From: Candidatus Latescibacterota bacterium
GTDB lineage: Bacteria > Latescibacterota > UBA2968 > UBA8231
Direction: 5' to 3'
Assembly (NCBI GenBank): GCA_965197905.1
Contig: CBDAOB010000005.1
Coordinates: 2,176,001 to 2,240,000, forward strand
Length of the DNA stretch: 64,000 nt
In this document: piece after piece, positions 46,267 to 53,938 of the stretch
Layout: the number at the start of each line of letters is the position of its first letter
Position numbering within the stretch: position 1 is the first letter of the stretch
Notes under the pieces: generated by a model
What the model saw: the letters and a program-made list of their open reading frames with translations, nothing else
Told to the model about the DNA's origin: nothing
Database searches by the model: none
Position numbers and translations under genes: made by a program

Positions 46267-49157
46267 TGCAACACCTCCACCAGCAACTCTGCCCAATGCC
46301 TCGCCCGTCTTCCCGTAGCGTCGGAGATTTGGTGCCTACACGAGGTGCCGGCCGCAACGATTTCTACCTCGGAACCAGCCTGTCGAATCGGCTCGAAGAG
46401 CCGCTCCTGCCCAATCTTCATCGACACTTCGAAATGCTCCTTCTCGTAGCCGAAGCTCCCGGCCATGCCGCAGCAACCGGAGAGGATCTCGTTCACCTCG
46501 AAATTCGGCGGTAGCTTGAGCATGTCGAGCGTCGCCGCTACCCCGTTGGCTGCCTTCTGGTGACAATGCCCATGAACCAGCACCGTTTTGGGGGTGCGCG
46601 CGAATTCGAGGCCGAGATCCCCCTTGTGGTGGAGCCCGATCAGAAAGTTTTCAAGCAGCGAGACGCTGCCGGCAACCATCTGAGCGCGCTCATCCTTCAG
46701 CAGGTCGAGATAGTCGTCCACAAACGTCGAAAGGCAGCTAGGCTCCAACCCGACGATGGTATACCCCTTCTCCACATATGGAGCGAGCAAGTCCATATTC
46801 TCGCTGGCGCGTTGCTTTGCTTTCTCCAGGAACCCGTTTGACAGCAGCGGCCGGCCGCAGCACACCTTCGCCGGAACCAGCTCCACCTGGAATCCCGCTC
46901 TCTCGAGAATGATCGTCGCGGCTATCCCGATTTGAGGTTCGTTGAACTCGACGAAGGTATCGACGAATAGTAGCAGCTTGCCGCGGCTTCCCGCGCGAAC
47001 GTGAGATCGGCCCCTGAACCACCTAGAGAAGGGAGTGCTGGCGAACGAAGGTAGCCGGCGACGGCGATCGATGCCCAAGAACTGGTCGAGCACCCACCGG
47101 TTCAGCCGATTGCCGATGATCGGATTCACCATGGGCGCTGCCTTGGACGCTATGCGGGAAAGGGTTCGAATGTGGGCGAACAGCCTCGACCTGAGTGAGT
47201 AGCCGTGATGCGCCCCGTAGTGAGCAAGGAACTCGTACTTAAACTTGGCCATGTCGACGCCCGAGGGACATTCTGCCTTGCATGCCTTGCAGGCAAGGCA
47301 GAGATCCATGGCCTGCTGGACCTCGGCTGTCGCGAGGGAGTTTGGTGTGCCCGAACTCAGAGCGCGACGCAGCGCATTGGCTCGACCCCGGGTGGAGTGC
47401 TGTTCGTCCAGGGTCGCCATATATGACGGGCACATGGTTCCTACCAGCTTTTTGCGGCAGTGGCCGACCCCCGAACAAAGCTCGACGCCCTGTTGAAAAC
47501 TCCCCTCCCGCTCGAACCGGAAGTGGGTCTTGAGGTCGGCGACATGGTAACCGGACCCGAACCGCAGGTTTTCTTCCATCCGCGGCGCTTCGACGATCTT
47601 CCCCGGATTCATGATACCAAGAGGATCGAACAGTCGCTTGACCTTGCCGAACGCCGCGGTTATCTCCGGCCCGAACATCTTCGGAATCCATTCGCTTCGG
47701 GCCAACCCATCCCCATGCTCGGCCGACATACATCCACCCAGTTCCAGAACCATAGAGCTCATGCGCTCCTGCAACAGCCGGAGCTGACCGATTCCCGCTG
47801 GTGACTTCAGGTCGATGATGGGGCGTATGTGTAATACGCCGACGCTGGCATGACCGTAATACTGGGCGGTGATACCCTGTTGCCCCATGAGCTCCTCAAC
47901 GTCGCGCACGTACTGTGGCAGACGACTAACCGGAACACAGGTATCCTCCACGCCGGGGTTCGGTTTGGCATCCCCCTTCATTCCCATGAGTAGCCCCAGA
48001 CCCGCTTTGCGAAGATCCCACATCCGCTGCTGATCTCCCGGTTCCAACGCTTTGGAAAAGGCGTATCCGTAGCCGGTAGACCGCAGGTGGTCTTCGAGTG
48101 CCTCGATCTCGCGCCACAACTCCTCTTCGTCGTTGCCGCTGTATTCGACGAACAACAGAGCGGCGGGATCTCCTCTCAGAAAATCTCTACCTGAGCGGAA
48201 TTCGATTGAATCCCTCGTCTGATCGAGCAAAATCTTGTCAACCAGTTCCACGGCTGAGGGCTGGGACGGCAGGATCTCCAGATTGGCCTCCAGCGCCTCG
48301 ATCAGATCGCGGAAATGGCAGGCGATGAGCGCGGTGTATCGCGGCAGTTCAACCAGTTTCAACCTCGCCGCGACGGCGGCACACAATGTGCCTTCTGATC
48401 CCACGACGACCTTGGTCAGGTCGAAGTCACGCTCCGCATGAATGAATTCATCTAAATTGTACCCGGACACGCGGCGCATCACCCTGGGAAAGTGCCGAGC
48501 GATATCCTCCCGGTGCTCTGTGGAGATCGCCTTCAGCTCGCGGCAGATTCGGGCCAGCAGGTCAGCCCCAGCGGCGGTGGATTCGAACTGCCGGGGTGAC
48601 AACGGTTGTAAACGGCATTGAGTCCCATCGGACAATACCACATCTATCTCCATGACGTGATCGATAGTCTTGCCGTACACGAGCGAATGGGCGCCCGACG
48701 AGTTGTTCCCGATCATGCCGCCGATATTGGCGCGGCTGGCCGTCGCCACATCGGGGGCGAACTGCAGATGATGAGGCCTCAAGAACGCGTTGAGCTCGTC
48801 GAGCACCAATCCCGGTTGCACCCGAATCCACTTTTCTGTCGGTTCGAACTCCAGAATGCTGTTCATATATTTGGAAAAATCGATGTGCAGAGCGGCGCCA
48901 ACAGATTGGCCAGCGAGGCTAGTGCCTGCACCGCGCGGCAGTATTGGCACATCCTGCTCGACGGCAAATTCTACCGCCGCGACCACGTCCGCGGCTGTCC
49001 TCGGGAACAACACGCCTCTTGGTTCGACCTCGTAAATGCTTGCATCAGTACGGTATAGGGTCTTGGTGAGGGTATCGGTACGGACCTCACCCTCTACCCC
49101 GGCTTGAAGCTTCTCCCAAGCGCTGCCCGAAGCCTGAAGATAGGTTGAGCTTTTCAT
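46263..49157 (-). CDS. FAD-binding / Fe-S oxidoreductase (YdiJ / D-2-hydroxyacid dehydrogenase family)
   Basis: TDASIY, PRGAGTSLAGQ, AEHGDG, CSGVGHC, MCPSY, CLACKACKAECP, CCG domains, CCGMAGSFG. Confidence 0.92.
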   Translation of the reverse strand: MKSSTYLQASGSAWEKLQAGVEGEVRTDTLTKTLYRTDASIYEVEPRGVLFPRTAADVVAAVEFAVEQDVPILPRGAGTSLAGQSVGAALHIDFSKYMNSILEFEPTEKWIRVQPGLVLDELNAFLRPHHLQFAPDVATASRANIGGMIGNNSSGAHSLVYGKTIDHVMEIDVVLSDGTQCRLQPLSPRQFESTAAGADLLARICRELKAISTEHREDIARHFPRVMRRVSGYNLDEFIHAERDFDLTKVVVGSEGTLCAAVAARLKLVELPRYTALIACHFRDLIEALEANLEILPSQPSAVELVDKILLDQTRDSIEFRSGRDFLRGDPAALLFVEYSGNDEEELWREIEALEDHLRSTGYGYAFSKALEPGDQQRMWDLRKAGLGLLMGMKGDAKPNPGVEDTCVPVSRLPQYVRDVEELMGQQGITAQYYGHASVGVLHIRPIIDLKSPAGIGQLRLLQERMSSMVLELGGCMSAEHGDGLARSEWIPKMFGPEITAAFGKVKRLFDPLGIMNPGKIVEAPRMEENLRFGSGYHVADLKTHFRFEREGSFQQGVELCSGVGHCRKKLVGTMCPSYMATLDEQHSTRGRANALRRALSSGTPNSLATAEVQQAMDLCLACKACKAECPSGVDMAKFKYEFLAHYGAHHGYSLRSRLFAHIRTLSRIASKAAPMVNPIIGNRLNRWVLDQFLGIDRRRRLPSFASTPFSRWFRGRSHVRAGSRGKLLLFVDTFVEFNEPQIGIAATIILERAGFQVELVPAKVCCGRPLLSNGFLEKAKQRASENMDLLAPYVEKGYTIVGLEPSCLSTFVDDYLDLLKDERAQMVAGSVSLLENFLIGLHHKGDLGLEFARTPKTVLVHGHCHQKAANGVAATLDMLKLPPNFEVNEILSGCCGMAGSFGYEKEHFEVSMKIGQERLFEPIRQAGSEVEIVAAGTSCRHQISDATGRRARHWAELLVEVLQ

Positions 49158-49223
49158 TTCGAGTCGGGAACAGAAAGTGATCGTGAACTACAAGTTCAAT
49201 CTAGTGAAGAAGTTAGGAAGAAC

Positions 49224-49252
49224 AAGCTAAGCTCGATAGGGCTTTAGGTCAA
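49224..49252 (-). promoter_or_regulatory. sigma70 promoter for the dehydrogenase-larA operon
   Basis: Minus strand TTGACC-17 nt-TAGCTT. Confidence 0.55.
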
Positions 49253-49353
49253 ACGGCCACACGCGGGCGGAACGCCGATTTTAGCAGACACCGGAGCTAA
49301 TGTCGATCGCCCTTGAAAAAATTCGCGGAAATGTGAAAAAAAACTAAAAAAAT

Positions 49354-49399
49354 ACCCCATATCTAGTTGACAAGCCAATCGTGCCACAATATCTTGTCT
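49354..49399. promoter_or_regulatory. Two tandem NrdR-box-like sites
   Basis: ACCCCATATCTAGTTG (49354-49369) and CCACAATATCTTGTCT (49384-49399) compared with consensus acaCwAtATaTwGtgt; 30 bp apart. Confidence 0.6.
49367..49395 (+). promoter_or_regulatory. sigma70 promoter of zapA with upstream A-tracts (UP-element-like)
   Basis: TTGACA-17 nt-TATCTT, with A-tracts at ~49336-49352. Confidence 0.8.
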
Positions 49400-49490
49400 C
49401 GCACCACGTGGTTAGTGCGCAAAAGAGGGGCTTCCGGGAAATGGGGAGATCTCGGAAGTCCCCTTTTGTGTCTTGGAGGAAACCAAGCGA

Positions 49491-49814
49491 TTGGCAAATG
49501 ACAAGATCGTCAAGGTCCAGATCTTCAATCAGACCTATCCGATCAGCACCGAGAACGAGAATCCGGAATATGTAAAGCAGGTTGCCGAGTACCTCGACCG
49601 CAAAATGCACGAAGCGGCAGCCACCGTTGGTCAACGCGCCCCCCTTGACATTGCCATTCTGGCCGCCTTGAACGTTGCCGACGAAGTACTGTCGGAACGG
49701 CACAAAAAAGAGGATCTGCTCTCTGAGGCGGACAAGCGAATCGGGAACTTTGCTCGCCTGTTGGAAGATTCCTCATCCGCGGACGAAGACCCGAATCCCG
49801 AATCCCGATTATAG
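49491..49814 (+). CDS. zapA: Cell division protein ZapA
   Basis: VKVQIFNQTYPI, YVKQVAEYLDRKM, IAILAALNVADE. TTG at 49491 follows a GGAGG SD; alternative TTG at 49473. Confidence 0.92.
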   Translation: MANDKIVKVQIFNQTYPISTENENPEYVKQVAEYLDRKMHEAAATVGQRAPLDIAILAALNVADEVLSERHKKEDLLSEADKRIGNFARLLEDSSSADEDPNPESRL

Positions 49815-49817
49815 AAG

Positions 49818-52091
49818 TTGAGCGCCCTCTCCGAGCGCTCATTCCTGGTCGCACTCATCCCGCTCCTGCTGCTGTGGCGCGGGTCCCACCCGTCAGAAAC
49901 CCTTGTTCTAAAAGAACTTCCTACGGTTCTACCGAGTAATTACGGCGTCCTGGGCGTGCGTCCCCGCACGGCGGGATCCGCCGTCGTGGTCGACAAAGTT
50001 CGGATCCATAGTCCCGCTGAAACGGCCGGCCTGCAGGCAGGAGACGAGATTCTCGGGGTGCTGCCGTATCGGATTCGCACACCGGATGATTTCAGTCGCT
50101 GCGTGCAGAGTCACTTGCCCGGTTCGGAGATCTCTATCCTTGTGCGGCGCAATCGGGTTGAGTCGGTTATCAAGTGCCGCGTCACCGATGTGGGCAACCT
50201 CTACTCGATGATGGGGAAGAATCACCCCACGGGCGCTCTGTCGGAGGTTTTTGGGCGGGCCACGGATCACGAAGGCGGGGTTTTCGAGGTGGAAGTAACC
50301 AGGCTACTAACGGAGCGACACGCTGGAGACACCTTCGACGGCCTTCTGGACGCCTTCGAGATGGAGCTTGGACGATACGGAGACGAGGGACGACTACCGC
50401 TCTTCCAGTTCCTCGCGCACAATCCTCTGAAAATCTCCAAATTCGTTGCGGCCACATCGAGTTCGTTGAGCTCGGCTTCGGAAATAGAAGATTACGCCGA
50501 AATGATCTTGACGGTCAGATCCCGGCCGCTACCGCGAACCTCCGCGCCGGATGCCGCTGAGAATCGCGGATTGACGCCTGTCCCCCAACTCAACGAACTC
50601 TTGTCGCGTCCTGTGATCGAGGCCAACGAAATCGTTCGTCGGGCAATGAAAGCCTTGGATCCCGGCGACCAGAATCATCTGTTGGCCCATGGGGCGTCGA
50701 TGTTGGATCGCTTCGGCAAGAGTCATTATCTAGACGAGGGCGACCGGACAGAAACCATCACTCATACTCGCAGCTTGGAGTTGCTGCAACGCGTGGACCA
50801 ACGGCTGCTGCTGACGGCGGCATCGCGCATCGCAGAGCTGGCAGCTGACTCCACAATCTACCAGATCAAAGGATGGGTCGAACCGCTGGCTTCGTTGGAT
50901 CTTGAACCGAGCTCCAGCTTCAGGGGTGAGTTCCTATTTAGATCCGTGACCCCGTACGGCACGATACTCGTTGGAGGAGATGGACCGAATTACTACGGCG
51001 CCGACGCGGCCTTGATCATCGACCTTGGGGGAGATGATATCTACCGCAACAACTGTGGCGCGCCTCCGAACGAAGGGGGCCACCGAGCCGGCTCAGTGGG
51101 TCTAATTGTCGACTTGGGCGGGAACGACCGTTATCTCACAACCGCCGTTGCTTCCATCGGCTCCGCCATTGCGGGTGTTGGGATGGTGTTTGACAAAGGG
51201 GGCGACGACATCTACGTAGGGGCAAACCTGACCCAGGGCTCCGGCGTTGGTGGTGTTGGAGTTGTCTGGGATGCATCGGGGAACGACATCTACATCGGCC
51301 ACGCGGCAGCCCAGGCCTCCGCATTTTTCGGCGTAGGGCTTTTGATTGACGAAACCGGCGACGATTTCTATTCAGCGTGGCAGATAGCACAGGGGTTTGG
51401 CGGCAGCGGAGGGATTGCACTCTTGCACGACAAGCAAGGCAACGACTTCTATCTTGCAGACGAAAAAGTTCCTTCCCTTTATGCCGGACCGAATCAGTTC
51501 AGTGGTTGGGCTCAGGGCGTCGGTTGCGGTTTCCGTGGATTTACGCCGGGCGGCCTTGGCATGTTGGTCGATCGTCAAGGTGACGACCAGTATCAGGGAG
51601 GAGACTTCTCGCAGGGCACAGGATATTTCTTTGGTCTGGGGCTGTTATACGATGGAAGGGGAAAGGACGACTACCGAGGAGGACGGTACGCTCAGGGCGC
51701 CGCCGCCCACCAGGCGATCGGCGTGGCTGTCGACGCTGCCGGCAACGACTCCTACACCGCAACGGTGGCAGCATCTCAAGGCAGCGGTTGGGATGCCTCG
51801 ATCGGGATCCTCGAAGACCGGTCAGGAAACGACCGGTACCGCTGCGGCACCCTGTGTCAGGGGGCCGGATCGATGAATGGCTTGGGCGTTCTTCTGGACC
51901 GCGAAGGTGCGGACAGCTATACTGCGTTATCGGGTCAAGGCCACGGTGGCAGCACCAGATACTGGGGCGGCCGCAATGCGAAGAATATTGGGATCCTTAT
52001 CGACTTGGAGGGGGCTGACCAGTTCGATCTGCACCCGAAAGGCGAACGAACCGGGTCGAAGACTCAATCTGGCTTATTCGTGGATCGCTGA
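49818..52091 (+). CDS. Exported hypothetical protein: PDZ domain, helical region and ~12 Gly-rich DxxGxDxY repeats
   Basis: Hydrophobic N-terminus, PDZ-like SPAETAGLQAGDEIL, and repeats such as IIDLGGDDIY, IVDLGGNDRY and LIDETGDDFY. Confidence 0.75.
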   Translation: MSALSERSFLVALIPLLLLWRGSHPSETLVLKELPTVLPSNYGVLGVRPRTAGSAVVVDKVRIHSPAETAGLQAGDEILGVLPYRIRTPDDFSRCVQSHLPGSEISILVRRNRVESVIKCRVTDVGNLYSMMGKNHPTGALSEVFGRATDHEGGVFEVEVTRLLTERHAGDTFDGLLDAFEMELGRYGDEGRLPLFQFLAHNPLKISKFVAATSSSLSSASEIEDYAEMILTVRSRPLPRTSAPDAAENRGLTPVPQLNELLSRPVIEANEIVRRAMKALDPGDQNHLLAHGASMLDRFGKSHYLDEGDRTETITHTRSLELLQRVDQRLLLTAASRIAELAADSTIYQIKGWVEPLASLDLEPSSSFRGEFLFRSVTPYGTILVGGDGPNYYGADAALIIDLGGDDIYRNNCGAPPNEGGHRAGSVGLIVDLGGNDRYLTTAVASIGSAIAGVGMVFDKGGDDIYVGANLTQGSGVGGVGVVWDASGNDIYIGHAAAQASAFFGVGLLIDETGDDFYSAWQIAQGFGGSGGIALLHDKQGNDFYLADEKVPSLYAGPNQFSGWAQGVGCGFRGFTPGGLGMLVDRQGDDQYQGGDFSQGTGYFFGLGLLYDGRGKDDYRGGRYAQGAAAHQAIGVAVDAAGNDSYTATVAASQGSGWDASIGILEDRSGNDRYRCGTLCQGAGSMNGLGVLLDREGADSYTALSGQGHGGSTRYWGGRNAKNIGILIDLEGADQFDLHPKGERTGSKTQSGLFVDR

Positions 52092-52097
52092 GGAGCG

Positions 52098-52619
52098 TTA
52101 GATGGGGCGAAGGATTATAGACATCTCGCGTCCTTCCATTCGTGGCGCTTGATCGAGGACAGCTACGTCTTCCAGTTCCTGCGCAAGACCGGCGAGAACC
52201 TCCCGTCCTCTTTCCCGGTATGCCATCTGCCTGCCGCGAAAACGCATGCTCACCTTGACCCGATTGCCGTGGCTGATGAATTCGCGGATATGACCCATAC
52301 GGTATTCGATGTCGTGATCGGAGATGTTGGGACTCTTCAAGAGAATTCCCTTCATCTGCACCTGGTGCTGTTTTTTGCGTGCCTCCTTGGCTTTCTTTTC
52401 CTTGTCGTAGCGAAATTTGCCAAAGTCCATTATCCGGCAGACCGGCGGTTTCGCGTCTGGCGCGATTTCAACCAAGTCAAGCTCTGCGGTTGCTGCCATT
52501 TCCAGGGCACATGTCGTATCTATAACTCCGACCTGCGTGCCTTCCTCATCGATGAGGCGAACCTGTGGGATACGGATATCCTGGTTTACTCGTGTAAAGG
52601 TCTTTCGCTTTGAATCGAT
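52098..52619 (-). CDS. infC: Translation initiation factor IF-3 (non-AUG start)
   Basis: RVNQDIRIPQVRLID, DLVEIAPDAKPPVCRIMDFGKFRY, RFRGRQ. The frame is open upstream of the track ORF to ATC 52619, 7 nt after a GGAAGG SD; ATA 52625 is an alternative. Confidence 0.95.
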   Translation of the reverse strand: MDSKRKTFTRVNQDIRIPQVRLIDEEGTQVGVIDTTCALEMAATAELDLVEIAPDAKPPVCRIMDFGKFRYDKEKKAKEARKKQHQVQMKGILLKSPNISDHDIEYRMGHIREFISHGNRVKVSMRFRGRQMAYRERGREVLAGLAQELEDVAVLDQAPRMEGREMSIILRPI

Positions 52620-52672
52620 AGTTATGCCTTCCCGGTGACGTGATGGTGTTTTTGGGCGCCGCCTACGTCGCC

Positions 52673-52700
52673 CGCCGAATCGAACTCATTCGATTCGGCG
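52673..52700. repeat. Perfect 12-bp inverted repeat in the infC leader
   Basis: CGCCGAATCGAA-CTCA-TTCGATTCGGCG. Confidence 0.9.
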
Positions 52701-52710
52701 TAACTCTAAT

Positions 52711-52739
52711 ATCTTAACTTTCTTCATAGATATAATCAA
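52711..52739 (-). promoter_or_regulatory. sigma70 promoter of infC
   Basis: Minus strand TTGATT-17 nt-TAAGAT. Confidence 0.6.
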
Positions 52740-52838
52740 GGGGATTCGCCCCTCCTTCCGCATTCTTTACATGTATCGCCCGTTGGCTATCTTCCGGGGC
52801 CAGCATCCGCAATTTTCAGATACAAAAAAGGGTGAACA

Positions 52839-53837
52839 ATGTCCAAGAACTACGATGTGTACGGTGTGGGACATGCGCTGGTCGACGTCCAATACTCCGT
52901 CCCGATCCAGTTCCTGCAGTCGACCGGAATTGAAAAAGGAGTAATGACCTTGGTGGACGATCAGCGGCAGGAAGAGCTGACTGCCGCCCTTTACCAGGAT
53001 GCAATCGCTTCGGCCTCCGGGGGCTCGGCCGCAAACACGATGATCGGGGTTGCTCGTTTTGGGGGCAGAGCGTATTACGCCTGTGAAATCGGGGACGACT
53101 CGTGGGGCGATTTCTATTCGGAGGATCTTCGCAGGGCAGGCGTGGAAAGTAACCCCGCCAATCGCCGCAAAGGCAGAACCGGCAGATGTATGGTGTTTGT
53201 GACCCCCGACGCGGATCGCACCTTGAACACCTATCTCGGCGTGAGTAGCCAGATCGGGCCGGCACAGCTGGAAGAGGAGAAGATTGCCGAGAGCTCCTAC
53301 ATCTACCTGGAAGGGTATCTGCTGAGTTCCGACGGCGGCTTCGACGCCTGCTGCACTGCGCAGCAGCTGGCGCGGAAGCATGACACAAAGGTGTCTCTAA
53401 CTTTGAGCGATCCATTCATGGTGGAGAGTTTCAAGGAGCGCTTCTCCGGGCTGCTGCGGGAAGGCGTTGATCTCCTCTTCTGCAACGAGTCGGAGGCGAT
53501 GGCATATTGTGCGAACGCGGATAGGGACGAGGCGTGCGCCACCCTCACGGCCGCGGTTGGTAACGTCTGTATCACCTGCGGCTCGGACGGTGCGGTGCTC
53601 GCCAATGGCGTTTCTACCTGTCGGGTTCCAGGGATCGAGATAGACGCGCTAGATACCACTGGAGCCGGCGACATGTTCGCCGCAGGCGTGCTCTTCGGTA
53701 TCACTCATGGCTTCTCGCTGGAAGACGCCGGCAAACTGGGATCGTATTCCGCCGGGCTTGTGGTCTCGCGTTATGGTCCCCGTCTGGTCGAAAATATAGA
53801 GAACAAGATCGATGACATTCTAGCGCATTTCGGCTAG
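52839..53837 (+). CDS. PfkB/ribokinase family kinase (adenosine kinase-like)
   Basis: GHALVD, SGGSAANT, PDADRTLNTYLG, YLEGY, FCNESEA, DTTGAGDMFAAG. Confidence 0.92.
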   Translation: MSKNYDVYGVGHALVDVQYSVPIQFLQSTGIEKGVMTLVDDQRQEELTAALYQDAIASASGGSAANTMIGVARFGGRAYYACEIGDDSWGDFYSEDLRRAGVESNPANRRKGRTGRCMVFVTPDADRTLNTYLGVSSQIGPAQLEEEKIAESSYIYLEGYLLSSDGGFDACCTAQQLARKHDTKVSLTLSDPFMVESFKERFSGLLREGVDLLFCNESEAMAYCANADRDEACATLTAAVGNVCITCGSDGAVLANGVSTCRVPGIEIDALDTTGAGDMFAAGVLFGITHGFSLEDAGKLGSYSAGLVVSRYGPRLVENIENKIDDILAHFG

Positions 53838-53938
53838 CACGTGTCGCCGAGCCGTGACCCGTTGCGATTGTTGTCACCCCCCTGTTTGTTCCCCTTTGAT
53901 GTTCCTTTTTCCCTCTTCGTTGGACGGATAGTCCCTCA

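Noticed and set aside
49400..49830. 6S RNA, often found next to zapA
   Set aside because: Only 3 nt follow zapA before the next ORF, and the upstream structure (~70 nt) is too short for the ~180-nt 6S rod.
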